NCBI GenBank assembly: GCA_035714785.1
Contig: DASTLQ010000004.1
Location: 48,248 to 112,247 of the forward strand
Direction: 5' to 3'
DNA from: Minisyncoccota bacterium
GTDB taxonomy: Bacteria > Patescibacteriota > Minisyncoccia > Phycocordibacterales > UBA9973
Length of the DNA: 64,000 nt
The position numbers and the translations under genes were made by a program. Position 1 is the stretch's first letter. Each line of letters opens with the position of its first letter. Positions 47,180 through 58,045 of this stretch are shown here, piece after piece. A model generated the notes under the pieces. The model did no database searches and was not told where the DNA came from. It saw only the letters and a list, made by a program, of their open reading frames with translations.

Positions 47180-47908
47180 TTACGCGTGTTTCATTGGAGC
47201 AGAGCGATACTGTGATTCACCTCCGAAATATTTTCTCCAGATAAAGACAATCGCGCCGATTAGTATGACGAATATAATCCACTGAAGGATGCCTGTAGGA
47301 AAGAATCCACGAGAACCGAATACTGCGTTTGCGGTGAGGCTCTTGTAGCTTTCGTCGCCACGAATTGTGCCACTTGTATTTCCCGACATACTTTCATAAC
47401 CAGTTAGTGCACTAGCACCATAGGATCCGCCAGTGTATGAGGTATATCCTGTGGGAGCAGTAGAATTTACTACAAAGGAAGCAGGATTTGAAAATCCACC
47501 ACCTGGCATATCGTTTATCACTGTGATGTATTGTCTGCCTGGTGTCATCACATCTCGTTCATTAAGCTGTACTACTAGGCGAGTGGGACTCACATAGGTG
47601 ACAGTGCGAGGAGCGTCATTAAAGCGAACATTGGAGCTCGGAATAAAACCATTTCCTGTAATAGTGACTTTTATTATTTGTGCTTGAACTGTCGCGCTAT
47701 CAGGTGTGATAGATAGGATGTATGGTACTGGGTTTAGGGCCGGGGTAGAAGGGTTGTAGTTCCCGCCTGGGTTATATGACGGTCCTGTGTCTGCAAATGG
47801 GGCAGGCTGAAAATACGTATAAACTCGTGCGTCTGAAATACCTGGAAAAGCTAGGAAAAACCCTGAAATTCCAAGGATTATTAAGTTGTATTTAATGATA
47901 TTACTCAT
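47180..47908 (-). CDS. IPT/TIG-domain surface protein with a C-terminal TM anchor
   Basis: PYILSITPDSA..VTITGNGFIPSSNVRFN..YVSPTRL; start reassigned (the track ORF runs into tRNA-Leu). Confidence 0.75.
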   Translation of the reverse strand: MSNIIKYNLIILGISGFFLAFPGISDARVYTYFQPAPFADTGPSYNPGGNYNPSTPALNPVPYILSITPDSATVQAQIIKVTITGNGFIPSSNVRFNDAPRTVTYVSPTRLVVQLNERDVMTPGRQYITVINDMPGGGFSNPASFVVNSTAPTGYTSYTGGSYGASALTGYESMSGNTSGTIRGDESYKSLTANAVFGSRGFFPTGILQWIIFVILIGAIVFIWRKYFGGESQYRSAPMKHA

Positions 47909-47946
47909 AAGTAATAGTATATCACCTTTAGAGCAAAATGTCAAGG

Positions 47947-48028
47947 TGCTGGAGGAGGGACTCGAACCCTCAAGCCTTGCGGCACTAGTTCCTAAGACTA
48001 GCGCGTATACCAATTCCGCCACTCCAGC
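47947..48028 (-). tRNA. tRNA-Leu(TAG)
   Basis: gctggagtggcggaattggtatacgcgctagtcTTAGgaactag..ggttcgagtccctcctccagca; long variable arm. Confidence 0.93.
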
Positions 48029-48058
48029 AAACAAAATACTTTCATGCATCATACTGCA

Positions 48059-48134
48059 TGGTGCGCCCAGAGGGAATCGAACCCCCGACCATCTCCTTAA
48101 GAGGGAGCTGCTCTACCAGCTGAGCTATGGGCGC
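48059..48134 (-). tRNA. tRNA-Lys(CTT)
   Basis: gcgcccatagctcagctggtagagcagctccctCTTaaggag..ggttcgattccctctgggcgcacca. Confidence 0.93.
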
Positions 48135-48148
48135 ATTACTATTTCCGG

Positions 48149-48230
48149 TGCCCGAGGTGGGAGTCGAACCCACATGCCTTACGGCGATCGATCTTAAGTC
48201 GATTGCGGCTACCAATTACGCCACTCGGGC
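48149..48230 (-). tRNA. tRNA-Leu(TAA)
   Basis: gcccgagtggcgtaattggtagccgcaatcgactTAAgatcgat..ggttcgactcccacctcgggca. Confidence 0.93.
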
Positions 48231-48295
48231 AATTGCCGTCTTTGTAAAAGAAGCACTCGGACCATTATATTGTTATCTCTTTCAAATTACAATAG

Positions 48296-48367
48296 AGGCC
48301 TGGGGCGGAATTGAACCGCCGTATATTCCTTTTGCAGAGGAATGCCTTACCACTTGGCTACCAGGCC
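48296..48367 (-). tRNA. tRNA-Cys(GCA)
   Basis: ggcctggtagccaagtggtaaggcattcctctGCAaaaggaat..ggttcaattccgccccaggcct; U73. Confidence 0.93.
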
Positions 48368-48411
48368 GTACATTTTATTTATTTTACAAGCTGAGCGCTT
48401 TTGCTTTAATC

Positions 48412-48732
48412 CTACTCACCGCGAAGCAATTCGTCAATTTTTTGCCTGTTCTTTTCTCCGCGATCTATTTCTATGTCTATAAAAGGAACAATCTTTGTAT
48501 TCAAACTTTTCTTTAAAACTTCTCTTATTTCTCTTCGCTTTCGCTTGGCAAAACCTATGGCAGCGTTTTCTTTGTCTTCGGGTAGGACTGTGATAAAGAC
48601 TGTACCACGCTTCATATCTTCAGAAATCAAACAGTTTGTGACAGTGATTAGGGAAGTACCGTTGCCTTCTTCGCCGAGAAAGCGAGCGGTGACTTCTTTT
48701 ACCAAACTTTGCATGTTATCTTTGCGTGACAT
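48412..48732 (-). CDS. rbfA: Ribosome-binding factor A
   Basis: LITVT..ISEDMKRGTVFITV..IVPFIDIEID; directly downstream of infB. Confidence 0.85.
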   Translation of the reverse strand: MSRKDNMQSLVKEVTARFLGEEGNGTSLITVTNCLISEDMKRGTVFITVLPEDKENAAIGFAKRKRREIREVLKKSLNTKIVPFIDIEIDRGEKNRQKIDELLRGE

Positions 48733-50233
48733 TGATTGATTCAATTACGTCTCCGGGAGCGATTTCTACACTTGATTCCATCATCATTCCGAATTCGGCT
48801 CCTTCTTCGACTTCTCGGACCTTTGTTTTGTTCTTTTCAAGATTTGTAATCTTACCTTTACCTATCTCAAAATCTCGGCGCATGATTCTAGCTTCGCCAT
48901 CCATGGAGAGACGTCCTTCCACTACTTTTCCACCTGCGATTTGTTTATCACGATTCTTGCTGAATACTTTTAAGATTTTTGCTTTTCCAGTCACTTCCGA
49001 GGTCTCTATTTTAGGACGACGATTTTCCATTTCTTTTTCGAGCCACTCAGTGAGTTTATAGATCACGTCGAAGGTAAAGATGTTTATTCCTTTCTGCATG
49101 GCTATCTCCATAGCACTCTTGTCTGCTTTTACATTAAATCCTATTACTAGCACATTCTCTGGAGTGGTGATTGTCTTTACATCAAATTCAGATACAGGTC
49201 CGGCTCCTTTTTGCACTATGCGAAATTCTGCATTTTCGCTTTTAATTTTATTGACTTCTTTTTCAATGGCTTCAATGCTACCCCAAGCATCTGCTTTCAA
49301 AATGATTGGAATTATTTTTTTGTCGTCCTGTGAAGAAGACTCGGGTGATATTTCATTTTCCGTAATATTTTTTCCAGCTTCCACCGCGTAGCTTTCTGCC
49401 TCTCGTTTGTTTGAGAAACCTTTAAATTCTGCTCCAATGCGTGGCATTTTGCTCCACCCTACTAAGCGAATAGGGGAGGAAAAAGAGGCTTCATTGATCG
49501 CTTTGCCTAAAAAGTTTTCCATGATGTTGGTGGTGCATACGCTATCATTTACCGCTACTGCCATGCCTTTCTTAAGACTTCCGTCTTTAATGACAAGCGT
49601 CGCTTGGATACCTCTTTTTGGATCTAGGTGAGCTTCGATCACGTATCCTGTGGCATTTTTTTCGAGGTCTCCTTGAAATCCTTCCATCAGAGCCATGATG
49701 TTTATTAGTGAAAGGAGGTTATCTACTCCTTCACCAGTTTTTGCAGAAATCTCTGCGACGGGAATTTTACCTCCAAAGTTTTCTAGATATACTTCGTTTT
49801 CTGCAAGTTCAATCTTTGTCTTTTCAATGTTGGCAGCTGGCTTGTCTATTTTATTTATTGCCACAATAAAAGGAATACCGCTTTCAATGATGGTATTTTT
49901 TGCTTCAATGGTTTGAGGCTTTACTCCGTCCTCAGCAGAGACTATCAGAATCGCGATGTCTGCTACTAGAGCACCTCGCTCTCTCATCTTGGTAAATGAT
50001 TCATGGCCGGGAGTATCTAAAAAAGTAATTTTTCTTTCTACTCCATCTTCGTCGTTATGTTTTACTTCATAGGCTGAAAGTGTTTGGGTGATTCCGCCAG
50101 CTTCTTTTTCTACAATGTTGGTGTTGCGAAGATAGTCGAGCAGGGTAGATTTACCATGGTCGATATGTCCCATGATAACTACTACTGGCGCTCTTTCCGA
50201 GAGCGCATTTTGTTTTGCTTCTTGATTTTTCAT
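48716..50233 (-). CDS. infB: Translation initiation factor IF-2 (short form)
   Basis: [45 protein letters not shown]. Confidence 0.96.
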   Translation of the reverse strand: MKNQEAKQNALSERAPVVVIMGHIDHGKSTLLDYLRNTNIVEKEAGGITQTLSAYEVKHNDEDGVERKITFLDTPGHESFTKMRERGALVADIAILIVSAEDGVKPQTIEAKNTIIESGIPFIVAINKIDKPAANIEKTKIELAENEVYLENFGGKIPVAEISAKTGEGVDNLLSLINIMALMEGFQGDLEKNATGYVIEAHLDPKRGIQATLVIKDGSLKKGMAVAVNDSVCTTNIMENFLGKAINEASFSSPIRLVGWSKMPRIGAEFKGFSNKREAESYAVEAGKNITENEISPESSSQDDKKIIPIILKADAWGSIEAIEKEVNKIKSENAEFRIVQKGAGPVSEFDVKTITTPENVLVIGFNVKADKSAMEIAMQKGINIFTFDVIYKLTEWLEKEMENRRPKIETSEVTGKAKILKVFSKNRDKQIAGGKVVEGRLSMDGEARIMRRDFEIGKGKITNLEKNKTKVREVEEGAEFGMMMESSVEIAPGDVIESINVTQR

Positions 50234-50235
50234 AG

Positions 50236-50691
50236 TTATACTTTTGCTCGCTCCAATGCATCCTTTTCTTCGGCAGTGAGTTCGTAAGTAGAGTCTCCTT
50301 TTTTAATCGGCTTAGCGAAGACACTCATTCTTTCCCTTGAATACAAACTGGAAAGAACTACTCCATCACCTTCTTCATTTAAAAGTCCGATGGCAAAGCT
50401 TTGGTTGCTTCCTTGGTCTGGAAATGGATTGAATCGAATTGTTTCAAGACCGCGGATGCTCTTTTTTAGTTTGGCTTCAATGATGGCGATTTCTTTCTCA
50501 AATTTTGCTTTGGCAGTTTCTAGCTTTGCGATTTGATCCTGCATAGAAAGGATAGTCTCCTCTAGATCTTTGGCTTTTTTGCCAAGGAAGAATTTCTTTA
50601 GTCTCGTTTCTGTGCGAAGTGCCCAAGCAATGCCGATGATTACGGCCAAGAGGAGAATACCTAAAAAAATAATTTGGAGCTTTGGATCCAT
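50236..50691 (-). CDS. DUF4446-like protein
   Basis: TM plus coiled coil, IRFNPF..GSNQSFAIGLL..GDGVVLSSLYSRE..FAKPI..LTAEE. Confidence 0.8.
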   Translation of the reverse strand: MDPKLQIIFLGILLLAVIIGIAWALRTETRLKKFFLGKKAKDLEETILSMQDQIAKLETAKAKFEKEIAIIEAKLKKSIRGLETIRFNPFPDQGSNQSFAIGLLNEEGDGVVLSSLYSRERMSVFAKPIKKGDSTYELTAEEKDALERAKV

Positions 50692-50715
50692 AGGGTTTCA
50701 ATATATACTATTTCC

Positions 50716-51906
50716 ATGGTTAAATCAAACCGCCAAAAAGTGAAAAACATATATATGGACTATGCCTCCTCGGCTTCTCCGAACCCTAGTTCGATTCATT
50801 TACAAGGGGTAGGGGCAAAAAATGACCTCGAATCAGCTAGAAAGATGGTGGCTGATGTATTTAGCGCTCGCCCTGATAGTGTGATTTTTACTAGTGGTGG
50901 AACAGAGAGCAACAATCTAGCAATCCAAGGAATCATATTGGGATGGTGGCAGAAAGAGAGAAAATCTGGAAAGAAATTAAATGCCAAATATTTACCTCAC
51001 ATCGTGACTACAAACATTGAACATCCATCTGTACTTGAGACTGTTGGGATGCTTAAAGAGCGAGGACAAGCAGAAGTCACCATATTACCCGTAGAAGTGA
51101 GTGGGATAGTGGATCCAAAGAAAATACGAAAAGCGATTAAAAAAAATACAGTGTTAGTGTCGGTCATGTATGCCAACAATGAAATAGGTACTATCGAACC
51201 GATTCGGGAGATTGCTAAAGAGATCCGTCACTATCGAAAAGAAAATGAAACCGAGTATCCATTTTTTCATACTGATGCTGCTCAGGCACCAAATTATTTA
51301 GAATTAAATACAGAAAGACTCGGAGTAGACATGCTTACTTTGACTGGAGCAAAAATTCCGGAAGCTGGCAGGGTAGGGGTGTTGTATAAAAGAAAATCTG
51401 TTTTGCTCGCTCCGGTCATGGCCGGAGGGGATCAAGAGTTTGGATTGCGCGCAGGCACAGAAAGTATTTTTGAAATTACTAAATTTGCCAAAGCTCTTCG
51501 TCGTGCCGAGAGTGAAAGAGAAAAAGAAAGTAAAAGACTTTTAGGAATTCGTGATTATCTTTACAAAAAAATTCAAAAAATTGTGCCAGAAGTAATCATT
51601 AACGGCGAGATGGAAAACAGATTGCCCAACAATTTAAATATCACCATTCCCCATATTCCGAGCGACCTTTTGGTGATTGAGCTTTCTAGCCGAGGTATCA
51701 TGATTTCAGAAAAAAGTGCATGCAAGTCTGGTGAAGAAAAAGCTTCGCATGTGATAGTGGCGATACGAGAGAAGGAAGGGAAAAATAGTGGCGACACAGG
51801 ATCGCTCCGGTTTTCCCTGGGACGGGATACGACGAAAGCGGATATTGACTATACACTGAAAGCACTTTCAGAGATCTTAATAAAACATAAAAAGTGGTAT
51901 CATTAG
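50716..51906 (+). CDS. iscS: Cysteine desulfurase (IscS/NifS family)
   Basis: FTSGGTESNN, IEHPSV, ANNEIG, HTDAAQ, LRAGTE, SAC, LRFSLG. Confidence 0.88.
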   Translation: MVKSNRQKVKNIYMDYASSASPNPSSIHLQGVGAKNDLESARKMVADVFSARPDSVIFTSGGTESNNLAIQGIILGWWQKERKSGKKLNAKYLPHIVTTNIEHPSVLETVGMLKERGQAEVTILPVEVSGIVDPKKIRKAIKKNTVLVSVMYANNEIGTIEPIREIAKEIRHYRKENETEYPFFHTDAAQAPNYLELNTERLGVDMLTLTGAKIPEAGRVGVLYKRKSVLLAPVMAGGDQEFGLRAGTESIFEITKFAKALRRAESEREKESKRLLGIRDYLYKKIQKIVPEVIINGEMENRLPNNLNITIPHIPSDLLVIELSSRGIMISEKSACKSGEEKASHVIVAIREKEGKNSGDTGSLRFSLGRDTTKADIDYTLKALSEILIKHKKWYH

Positions 51907-51909
51907 TAT

Positions 51910-53121
51910 ATGGAAAAGTTTCCTTCAAATAATAAAAGGAATATAGGCAAGAATATCCGTAACATTGCGGGAGGCATAGGTGTTTCTGCTCTCGCTTTTT
52001 TTGCTGAAAAAGCACTTGAAGGATCAGAGATTAATGTTTCGAATAATAAAAATAATATTGAAAATAAAATTGAATGGGAAAGAAATGAATTGGAGTTTCA
52101 GGAGGGATCTATGGAAAATATGGCTTTCAATTTAGCCAAGAAGGAAATTAGGTACGAAGAGGATTTTCGTTCGCATATGGAAAGAATACAATATCTAGAA
52201 AAACTTATACGAGAATATGTAGCTGAGATAGATTATCGTGAATCCAATGGGAAACCTTCTGATAAATATGTTCAAAAAACCACTGAAGAGCTTAGAATAG
52301 CTATTGGTGATAATGAAAAATTGATAAGTCTATGCCAAGTGATGATTGATCAATTGGCTAAAAAAAAGGAGATACTACCAGAATTGGTCAAAGAAAAAAT
52401 TAAAGAAATAAAAAAGAAAATATTCTTTTATGATATAGGAAGACAATGGGTGCTTGATAACATGAAAAATCCAGAATATTCCAATAGACTAAAGGAGGAG
52501 TATCGGTCTGATATCTTAACAGGAAACGAATTGAAAGAATATTTAGAACTAGCAAGATCATATAGAATACATAAAGCATCTGATGGAAATTTTGTTATTT
52601 CACAGAATATTACCGAAAGTCATGGAAATAGCGCAGGAAATGTAGAAGCTTTCTTTGATGCTTCTACACAAACAGTTTTTTTCCCATTAGACATAGATTC
52701 CGTGAATGCAGTTAATTACGCAATACATGAATATGCTCATAAGATAACTACTGGAAATATATTTCTATCCTCCAAAGCCATTTCACTTTTTAAAGATGCC
52801 TTTAATAGTTTGTCTATGTTGGAAAATGTAGACTCAAATGCCAATATTTTAAAAATCATTTCTTATTACTCTGATCCTACTGAAATGTATGCACGAAAAA
52901 AAGTATTTGAACATGACTTAGAAGTATTGGGAGTAAAAAAGTATGAAGAACAATTTACAAAAGAACATTACCTTAAAGCGTTACAACTCGAGAAGGAAGG
53001 CAAGTTAAATAACGATAGTCGCGAATTTTTGCTTATTATAAAACCGAATATGATCGAAAAAGTGATGAATGAAATTGCGGATGCGGATTTTAATGAAAAG
53101 GAAGTGGAGGGAATGGTCTAA
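51910..53121 (+). CDS. AT-rich hypothetical protein with an HEXXH motif
   Basis: AIHEYAH...DPTEMYAR; N-terminal hydrophobic segment. Confidence 0.6.
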   Translation: MEKFPSNNKRNIGKNIRNIAGGIGVSALAFFAEKALEGSEINVSNNKNNIENKIEWERNELEFQEGSMENMAFNLAKKEIRYEEDFRSHMERIQYLEKLIREYVAEIDYRESNGKPSDKYVQKTTEELRIAIGDNEKLISLCQVMIDQLAKKKEILPELVKEKIKEIKKKIFFYDIGRQWVLDNMKNPEYSNRLKEEYRSDILTGNELKEYLELARSYRIHKASDGNFVISQNITESHGNSAGNVEAFFDASTQTVFFPLDIDSVNAVNYAIHEYAHKITTGNIFLSSKAISLFKDAFNSLSMLENVDSNANILKIISYYSDPTEMYARKKVFEHDLEVLGVKKYEEQFTKEHYLKALQLEKEGKLNNDSREFLLIIKPNMIEKVMNEIADADFNEKEVEGMV

Positions 53122-53243
53122 CCAAAAAATGGTATCGATAATAACACCATCTTTAATTTGATTTTAATAAAATTGTGCTATAATACCTTGATAAGCGGCA
53201 GATTTCTCTGAAATTTATTAGGGTTTTTGTCGTCTTAAAACAT

Positions 53244-55943
53244 ATGCCACCACTACATAAATTTACAGCTAAATCACGTGACGCCATTAAAAAGGCTCAC
53301 GAGCTTGCTATTGAACGAGGACAAAACCATGTGTCTTCGCTTCATCTTTTAGCAGCTATGCTTCTCCAAGAAGAGAGCATGGTGAATTCCATTTTAGATA
53401 AACTAGAAGTAGACACGGTTCTTTTGACTGACGCAGTGCTTGAGTCTATAGAGATGCCTGAGACCAACAGCACTCTGTCGCCTTCATATCAGATATATTT
53501 GAATCCTGATTTAGCTCAGGTGATTGAGCACTCGGTAAAGCTGGCAGAATACATGAAGGATGATTTTGTTTCGACCGAGCATCTTTTCATCGCTATGCTT
53601 GAAGTACCGGGTGATACTCGAGAACTTTTAGCCCGATACAGAATTTCAAAGGACGGCATCATGAAAGTGTTAGAAGAACTTCGCAGTCAAAACATCACAG
53701 ACGTAGGTGAGCCAAAAAAATTCCGATTGCTTTTGAAATACACTCGAAACCTAACTAAGCTCGCAAAAGAAGACAAGCTTGATCCTGTTATCGGACGTGA
53801 CAAAGAGATCACTCGAATCATGCAGATTCTTTCAAGACGAACTAAAAACAATCCAATTTTAATCGGAGAAGCAGGAACAGGAAAGACAGCAGTGGTGGAA
53901 GGCTTGGCAGAAAGAATCGTAAAGAGTAATGTTTCCGAATCTTTAAAAGACAAGGAGCTAGTATCGCTAGACTTGGGACTTTTGATTGCCGGTACAAAAT
54001 ATCGGGGAGAATTTGAAGAGCGACTAAAAGGATTGATGAAAGAAATTGAAAGAGCGGAAGGAAAGATCATTCTTTTTATCGACGAGATTCATACTATTGT
54101 AGGTGCCGGCGGTACCGAAGGTACTATGGATGCTTCCAATATGTTAAAACCAGCTTTATCCAGAGGGGAGCTTCGGGCCATTGGCGCCACCACTTTGCGA
54201 GAATACCAGAAACATATTGAAAAAGATCCAGCTTTGGCTCGTCGCTTTCAGCCTGTGTATATAGATGAGCCAGTATCTGAGGACGCTATCGCTATCTTAC
54301 GTGGCCTAAAAGAAAAATATGAACTTTTCCATGGGGTGCGAATCACCGATGATGCAATCGTGGCAGCGGTAAATTTTTCTACTCGATATATAACAAACAG
54401 ATTTTTACCAGACAAGGCAGTAGACCTGATCGATGAAGCATCTTCTTCTTTAAAGATTGCACTTGAAAACAAGCCACCAATACTTGAGGAAACTCATCGA
54501 AAGATTATGCGTCTCGAAGTAGAGAAAGAAGCTTTAAAAAAAGAAATCTCTGCTATGGGAGGATCCTTGTCTGCTGAAGAAAAGCGAAAAGAGAAAAGAA
54601 TAAAGGAGAGGATAAAAAATATTGATACGGAGATTGCAAACTATAAAGAAAAGACTCATGAGCTTGAACTAAAATGGCAAAATGAAAAGGAGATCGTGGT
54701 TGAAATTCGTTCTATCAAAAAAGAGCTCGAGACTATGCGTTTAGAAGCTGAAAGTGCCGAGATGCGAGCAGATCTTTCTAGGGCTGCAGAAATTCGTTAT
54801 GGAAAGATTCCTTCTCTAAAAAAGGAACTCGAAACTAAACTTAGCCGTTTGAAGAAACTTCAGCGGTCACGCAGAATTTTGAAAGAAGAAGTGAATGCTG
54901 AAGACGTGGCAGAAGTAGTGGCTCGATGGACTGGAATTCCGCTTACAAAAATGCTTGAGGAAGACAGGGAGAAGCTAGAAAAAATGGAAGGAGAACTTTC
55001 CAGACGCGTTGTTGGACAAAAAGACGCGATTCACCGAGTAGCTGATGTGATACGTCGCTCACGAGCAGGAATCTCGGACCCAAATCGTCCGATTGGTTCT
55101 TTTATTTTCCTTGGTCCTACGGGAGTGGGAAAAACAGAGCTCACAAAAGCACTGGCAGAATTCATGTTCAATGATGACAGCGCTCTCATTAGAGTAGATA
55201 TGTCTGAATATATGGAAAGGCACTCAGTTTCAAAGCTGATTGGTTCTCCTCCCGGATATGTTGGTTACGAAGAATCTGGCCAGCTGACAGAGGCTGTGCG
55301 CCACCGACCGTATTCCGTCGTGCTTTTAGACGAGATTGAAAAGGCTCACCCAGAGATATTCAATATGCTATTGCAGGTGATAGATGAAGGACGTCTGACT
55401 GATGGAAAAGGACGAGTAGTAAATTTCAAAAACACTATCATTATTCTCACTTCAAATATCGGTTCACAGTATGTGGAAAAATTGGAAGCAATCGGATTCT
55501 CCAACAATCAGACTGAGCAGGATTACCATCGCATGAAAGAAAAAATCAACGACGCCTTAAAGGATCATTTTAGACCAGAGTTTTTAAACCGTATAGATGA
55601 AATAGTCACCTTTGATTTGTTGTCCGAGTCCGCAATTAAGGAAATCGTAGGTCATCGCGTAAAAGTAGTAGGAGATAGACTAGCTACCAAAGACATTGGA
55701 TTTAAAATAGACGAGGAAGCACTGGTGCTCTTGGCCAAAGAAGGATACGATCCACATTACGGAGCTCGACCACTTAACCGTTTGATCCAAAACAAGATTC
55801 TAAATCCAGTAGCTACCTTCATCATCTCAAACGGAGTATCCGCAGGTGATACTATCTTTGTGCATGTAAAAAACGGAGAGCTTGCCATTGAAGCAAAAAA
55901 GGGCCGAGCCAAAAGCCGAATGCCCGTAAAGTCTCGTTCCTAA
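53244..55943 (+). CDS. clpB: ATP-dependent chaperone ClpB
   Basis: Two AAA+ modules ([16 protein letters not shown]), long middle coiled coil, GSPPGYVGY. Confidence 0.93.
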   Translation: MPPLHKFTAKSRDAIKKAHELAIERGQNHVSSLHLLAAMLLQEESMVNSILDKLEVDTVLLTDAVLESIEMPETNSTLSPSYQIYLNPDLAQVIEHSVKLAEYMKDDFVSTEHLFIAMLEVPGDTRELLARYRISKDGIMKVLEELRSQNITDVGEPKKFRLLLKYTRNLTKLAKEDKLDPVIGRDKEITRIMQILSRRTKNNPILIGEAGTGKTAVVEGLAERIVKSNVSESLKDKELVSLDLGLLIAGTKYRGEFEERLKGLMKEIERAEGKIILFIDEIHTIVGAGGTEGTMDASNMLKPALSRGELRAIGATTLREYQKHIEKDPALARRFQPVYIDEPVSEDAIAILRGLKEKYELFHGVRITDDAIVAAVNFSTRYITNRFLPDKAVDLIDEASSSLKIALENKPPILEETHRKIMRLEVEKEALKKEISAMGGSLSAEEKRKEKRIKERIKNIDTEIANYKEKTHELELKWQNEKEIVVEIRSIKKELETMRLEAESAEMRADLSRAAEIRYGKIPSLKKELETKLSRLKKLQRSRRILKEEVNAEDVAEVVARWTGIPLTKMLEEDREKLEKMEGELSRRVVGQKDAIHRVADVIRRSRAGISDPNRPIGSFIFLGPTGVGKTELTKALAEFMFNDDSALIRVDMSEYMERHSVSKLIGSPPGYVGYEESGQLTEAVRHRPYSVVLLDEIEKAHPEIFNMLLQVIDEGRLTDGKGRVVNFKNTIIILTSNIGSQYVEKLEAIGFSNNQTEQDYHRMKEKINDALKDHFRPEFLNRIDEIVTFDLLSESAIKEIVGHRVKVVGDRLATKDIGFKIDEEALVLLAKEGYDPHYGARPLNRLIQNKILNPVATFIISNGVSAGDTIFVHVKNGELAIEAKKGRAKSRMPVKSRS

Positions 55944-55992
55944 CAAACATTACAAAAGAAGGACATGATCCTCGTAACCTTTTTGAAGGATT

Positions 55993-56784
55993 ATGCCCAG
56001 ACGTTGGACAACCACAGAAGAAAATAAATATCGCTTGGAATTATTTTCGCTTTATATAGAGCAAAACAAAAGCCTGCGTGAAGTTGCTTTAGCTCTTAAT
56101 ATTACGGAAGCCAGTGTGTTCTCAAGATTAAAAAGATTGGGAATAAAAACTTGCCCGACTCTCAAGGATAACTATCTTCGAAAAAGAAAAGATTTAACGA
56201 TTCCCACAGAGTACTCAGCAGACTTGGCGGAATTCTTTGGTGTCATGCTTGGGGATGGACACCTCAGTCATTTTCAGGCTACGGTTACGTTAGGTAATAA
56301 GGAAAAAAACTACGCTGAGCATGTAAGTGTACTTTTTCAAAAAGTTTTTGGCGTAGCAGGTACGATTTGCGTACGGAAGAGCTTGTATAGAGATGTGTAT
56401 CTTGGCTCGGTAGAGGTTACATCGTGGTTGTTTAAAGAAGGTCTTGTTTCTAATAAGGTGAAATCACAAGTGAATGCACCTTCTTGGATATTTCGAGAAA
56501 GTATTCTCATGGAAAATTTTTTACGAGGATTTTTTGATACTGACGGATCAGTTTATAAATTAAAATTTGGCATTCAGATTTCGTTCTGCAACAGATCGTT
56601 ACCGTTGCTGGAATCTTTACATTTAATGCTAAAAAAGTTAAAATACCATCCGTCAAATATCAGTGGTTTTAATTTTTATCTTACTAGACGAAAAGAAGTC
56701 AAAAGATTCTTTGAAGAGGTAAGGCCTGCTAATTCAAAGCACGTTAGGAGATATTTTGAAATAATGAATGCGTCGGTCGGATAG
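55993..56784 (+). CDS. Free-standing LAGLIDADG endonuclease-like protein with an N-terminal HTH
   Basis: SLREVALALNITEASVFSRL HTH; LAEFFGVMLGDGH and FLRGFFDTDGSV motifs. Confidence 0.88.
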   Translation: MPRRWTTTEENKYRLELFSLYIEQNKSLREVALALNITEASVFSRLKRLGIKTCPTLKDNYLRKRKDLTIPTEYSADLAEFFGVMLGDGHLSHFQATVTLGNKEKNYAEHVSVLFQKVFGVAGTICVRKSLYRDVYLGSVEVTSWLFKEGLVSNKVKSQVNAPSWIFRESILMENFLRGFFDTDGSVYKLKFGIQISFCNRSLPLLESLHLMLKKLKYHPSNISGFNFYLTRRKEVKRFFEEVRPANSKHVRRYFEIMNASVG

Positions 56785-56853
56785 TGGCTATTCCAGGAGA
56801 CTGTAAATCTCCCGCCTTAATTGGCATCGGTGGTTCGAGTCCACCCCGGCGCA
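56770..56853 (+). tRNA. tRNA-Tyr(GTA)
   Basis: gcgtcgg..ggagactGTAaatctcc-variable arm-ggtggttcgagtccaccccggcgca. Confidence 0.9.
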
Positions 56854-56854
56854 C

Positions 56855-56899
56855 AACATGTAAGGGGACATGTAAGGGGACCCCTTACACCTTACACCC
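56855..56899. repeat. Motif-A repeat cluster immediately after tRNA-Tyr
   Basis: aacatgtaaggggacatgtaaggggaccccttacaccttacacc. Confidence 0.88.
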
Positions 56900-56905
56900 A
56901 AAAAT

Positions 56906-57334
56906 ATGGACACAAATCCTGACAATAAAAAAAAGTTTTTAAAAAACAGTAAAAGGATTTTTATCTGTAACATCGTTGTTGTTCTAGGTTATATTGGCTT
57001 CTTTTTATTGGTAGGAGAAAATTTTGGTCTCATATTTGCATATTTGCCGTTGATAATAGCTTTGATGTTTCTTTCCTTGATTACAATAATATCCGATATA
57101 TATTTAGCGGTGCATTATTTTAAATACAAAGATTACAAAATGTTCTCCCTTGCTTTGCTTCTGTTAGTGATAGTGTCTTTTCCGTTTTATCTTCCATTAA
57201 TAAATTTATCTTCGAACAGTTCAAAATTGGAAAGGATGAATCAGCAACTTCTTTTCAACGAACAACAAGAAATGGCTGAGAAAGCCATATTAAAGGAACG
57301 AGATGAATTAATGAAAGAGCCAACGGGCATTTAA
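56906..57334 (+). CDS. Hypothetical 3-TM membrane protein
   Basis: AT-rich hydrophobic ORF between repeats. Confidence 0.6.
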   Translation: MDTNPDNKKKFLKNSKRIFICNIVVVLGYIGFFLLVGENFGLIFAYLPLIIALMFLSLITIISDIYLAVHYFKYKDYKMFSLALLLLVIVSFPFYLPLINLSSNSSKLERMNQQLLFNEQQEMAEKAILKERDELMKEPTGI

Positions 57335-57374
57335 CCTGTGGATAACATGTAAGGGGACCCCTTGCCCTTACACC
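57329..57374. repeat. Motif-A/DnaA-box repeat (35-bp direct repeat with 58079-58113)
   Basis: atttaacctgtggataacatgtaaggggacccctt. Confidence 0.92.
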
Positions 57375-57443
57375 TTTGACTTTTATTGATAACATTGTAA
57401 TGTTTATATAGAAAAATTAAAACAATTATTTTAGAGGTGTAAA

Positions 57444-58001
57444 TTGAAAAAACAAATCAGTTTCTCTACGTTTTTAGCAACTTGGTTTATGTCTGGGTTG
57501 CTAAAACCCATTCCGCCATTTAAGGCGATGGCAGGGACATACGGTAGCTTTCTGGCGCTTCCTTTGTGTTATTTAGGGTTAATATATTCTGAAAATTTAT
57601 TTTTTAACACCACGCCAACTGATGCAGGAAAATTTGTTTTATACATGGCTCTGGTGGTAATGGTGTATTTTTTTGGCATGCTAACTGTACCTATTGCTGA
57701 AGATGAATTAGGGGAGCAAATAGACTGGAAGGGTAAAATCAAAACAAGGGATCAGAACCAGATTGTAATTGACGAGGTTTTGGGAATGCTAATTTCTTGC
57801 ATTCCGATACTTTTCGTACCGCGAAAGTTAGAGTATTTTCTGTTTGCTTTCGTGCTGTTTAGAATCTTTGATATTGTTAAGATCCCGCCAACCAGGTACT
57901 TTGATAAAATCAAAAGTGCCTTTGGGGTGATGATGGACGACGTGATCGCGGGAATATATGCCGCAGCGTCGTTATGGTTTTTGATTAAGTATTTATTGTA
58001 G
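57444..58001 (+). CDS. pgpA: Phosphatidylglycerophosphatase A family protein
   Basis: AGTYGS, DQNQIVIDEVLGM, FVLFRIFDIVK, GVMMDDVIAG. Confidence 0.9.
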   Translation: MKKQISFSTFLATWFMSGLLKPIPPFKAMAGTYGSFLALPLCYLGLIYSENLFFNTTPTDAGKFVLYMALVVMVYFFGMLTVPIAEDELGEQIDWKGKIKTRDQNQIVIDEVLGMLISCIPILFVPRKLEYFLFAFVLFRIFDIVKIPPTRYFDKIKSAFGVMMDDVIAGIYAAASLWFLIKYLL

Positions 58002-58045
58002 CCGTTTTCAACACAAGAAGTCGTTGGAGACGGCTTTTTGTTTAG

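Noticed and set aside
47886-48516. ORFs 47886-48197 and 48127-48516, and the 5' extension of 47180-48052
   Set aside because: They overlap four tRNA genes; shadow ORFs.
48716-50233. Short IF2, N-terminally truncated MurE and compact MurC as pseudogenes
   Set aside because: The catalytic motifs are intact and such streamlining is usual in CPR.
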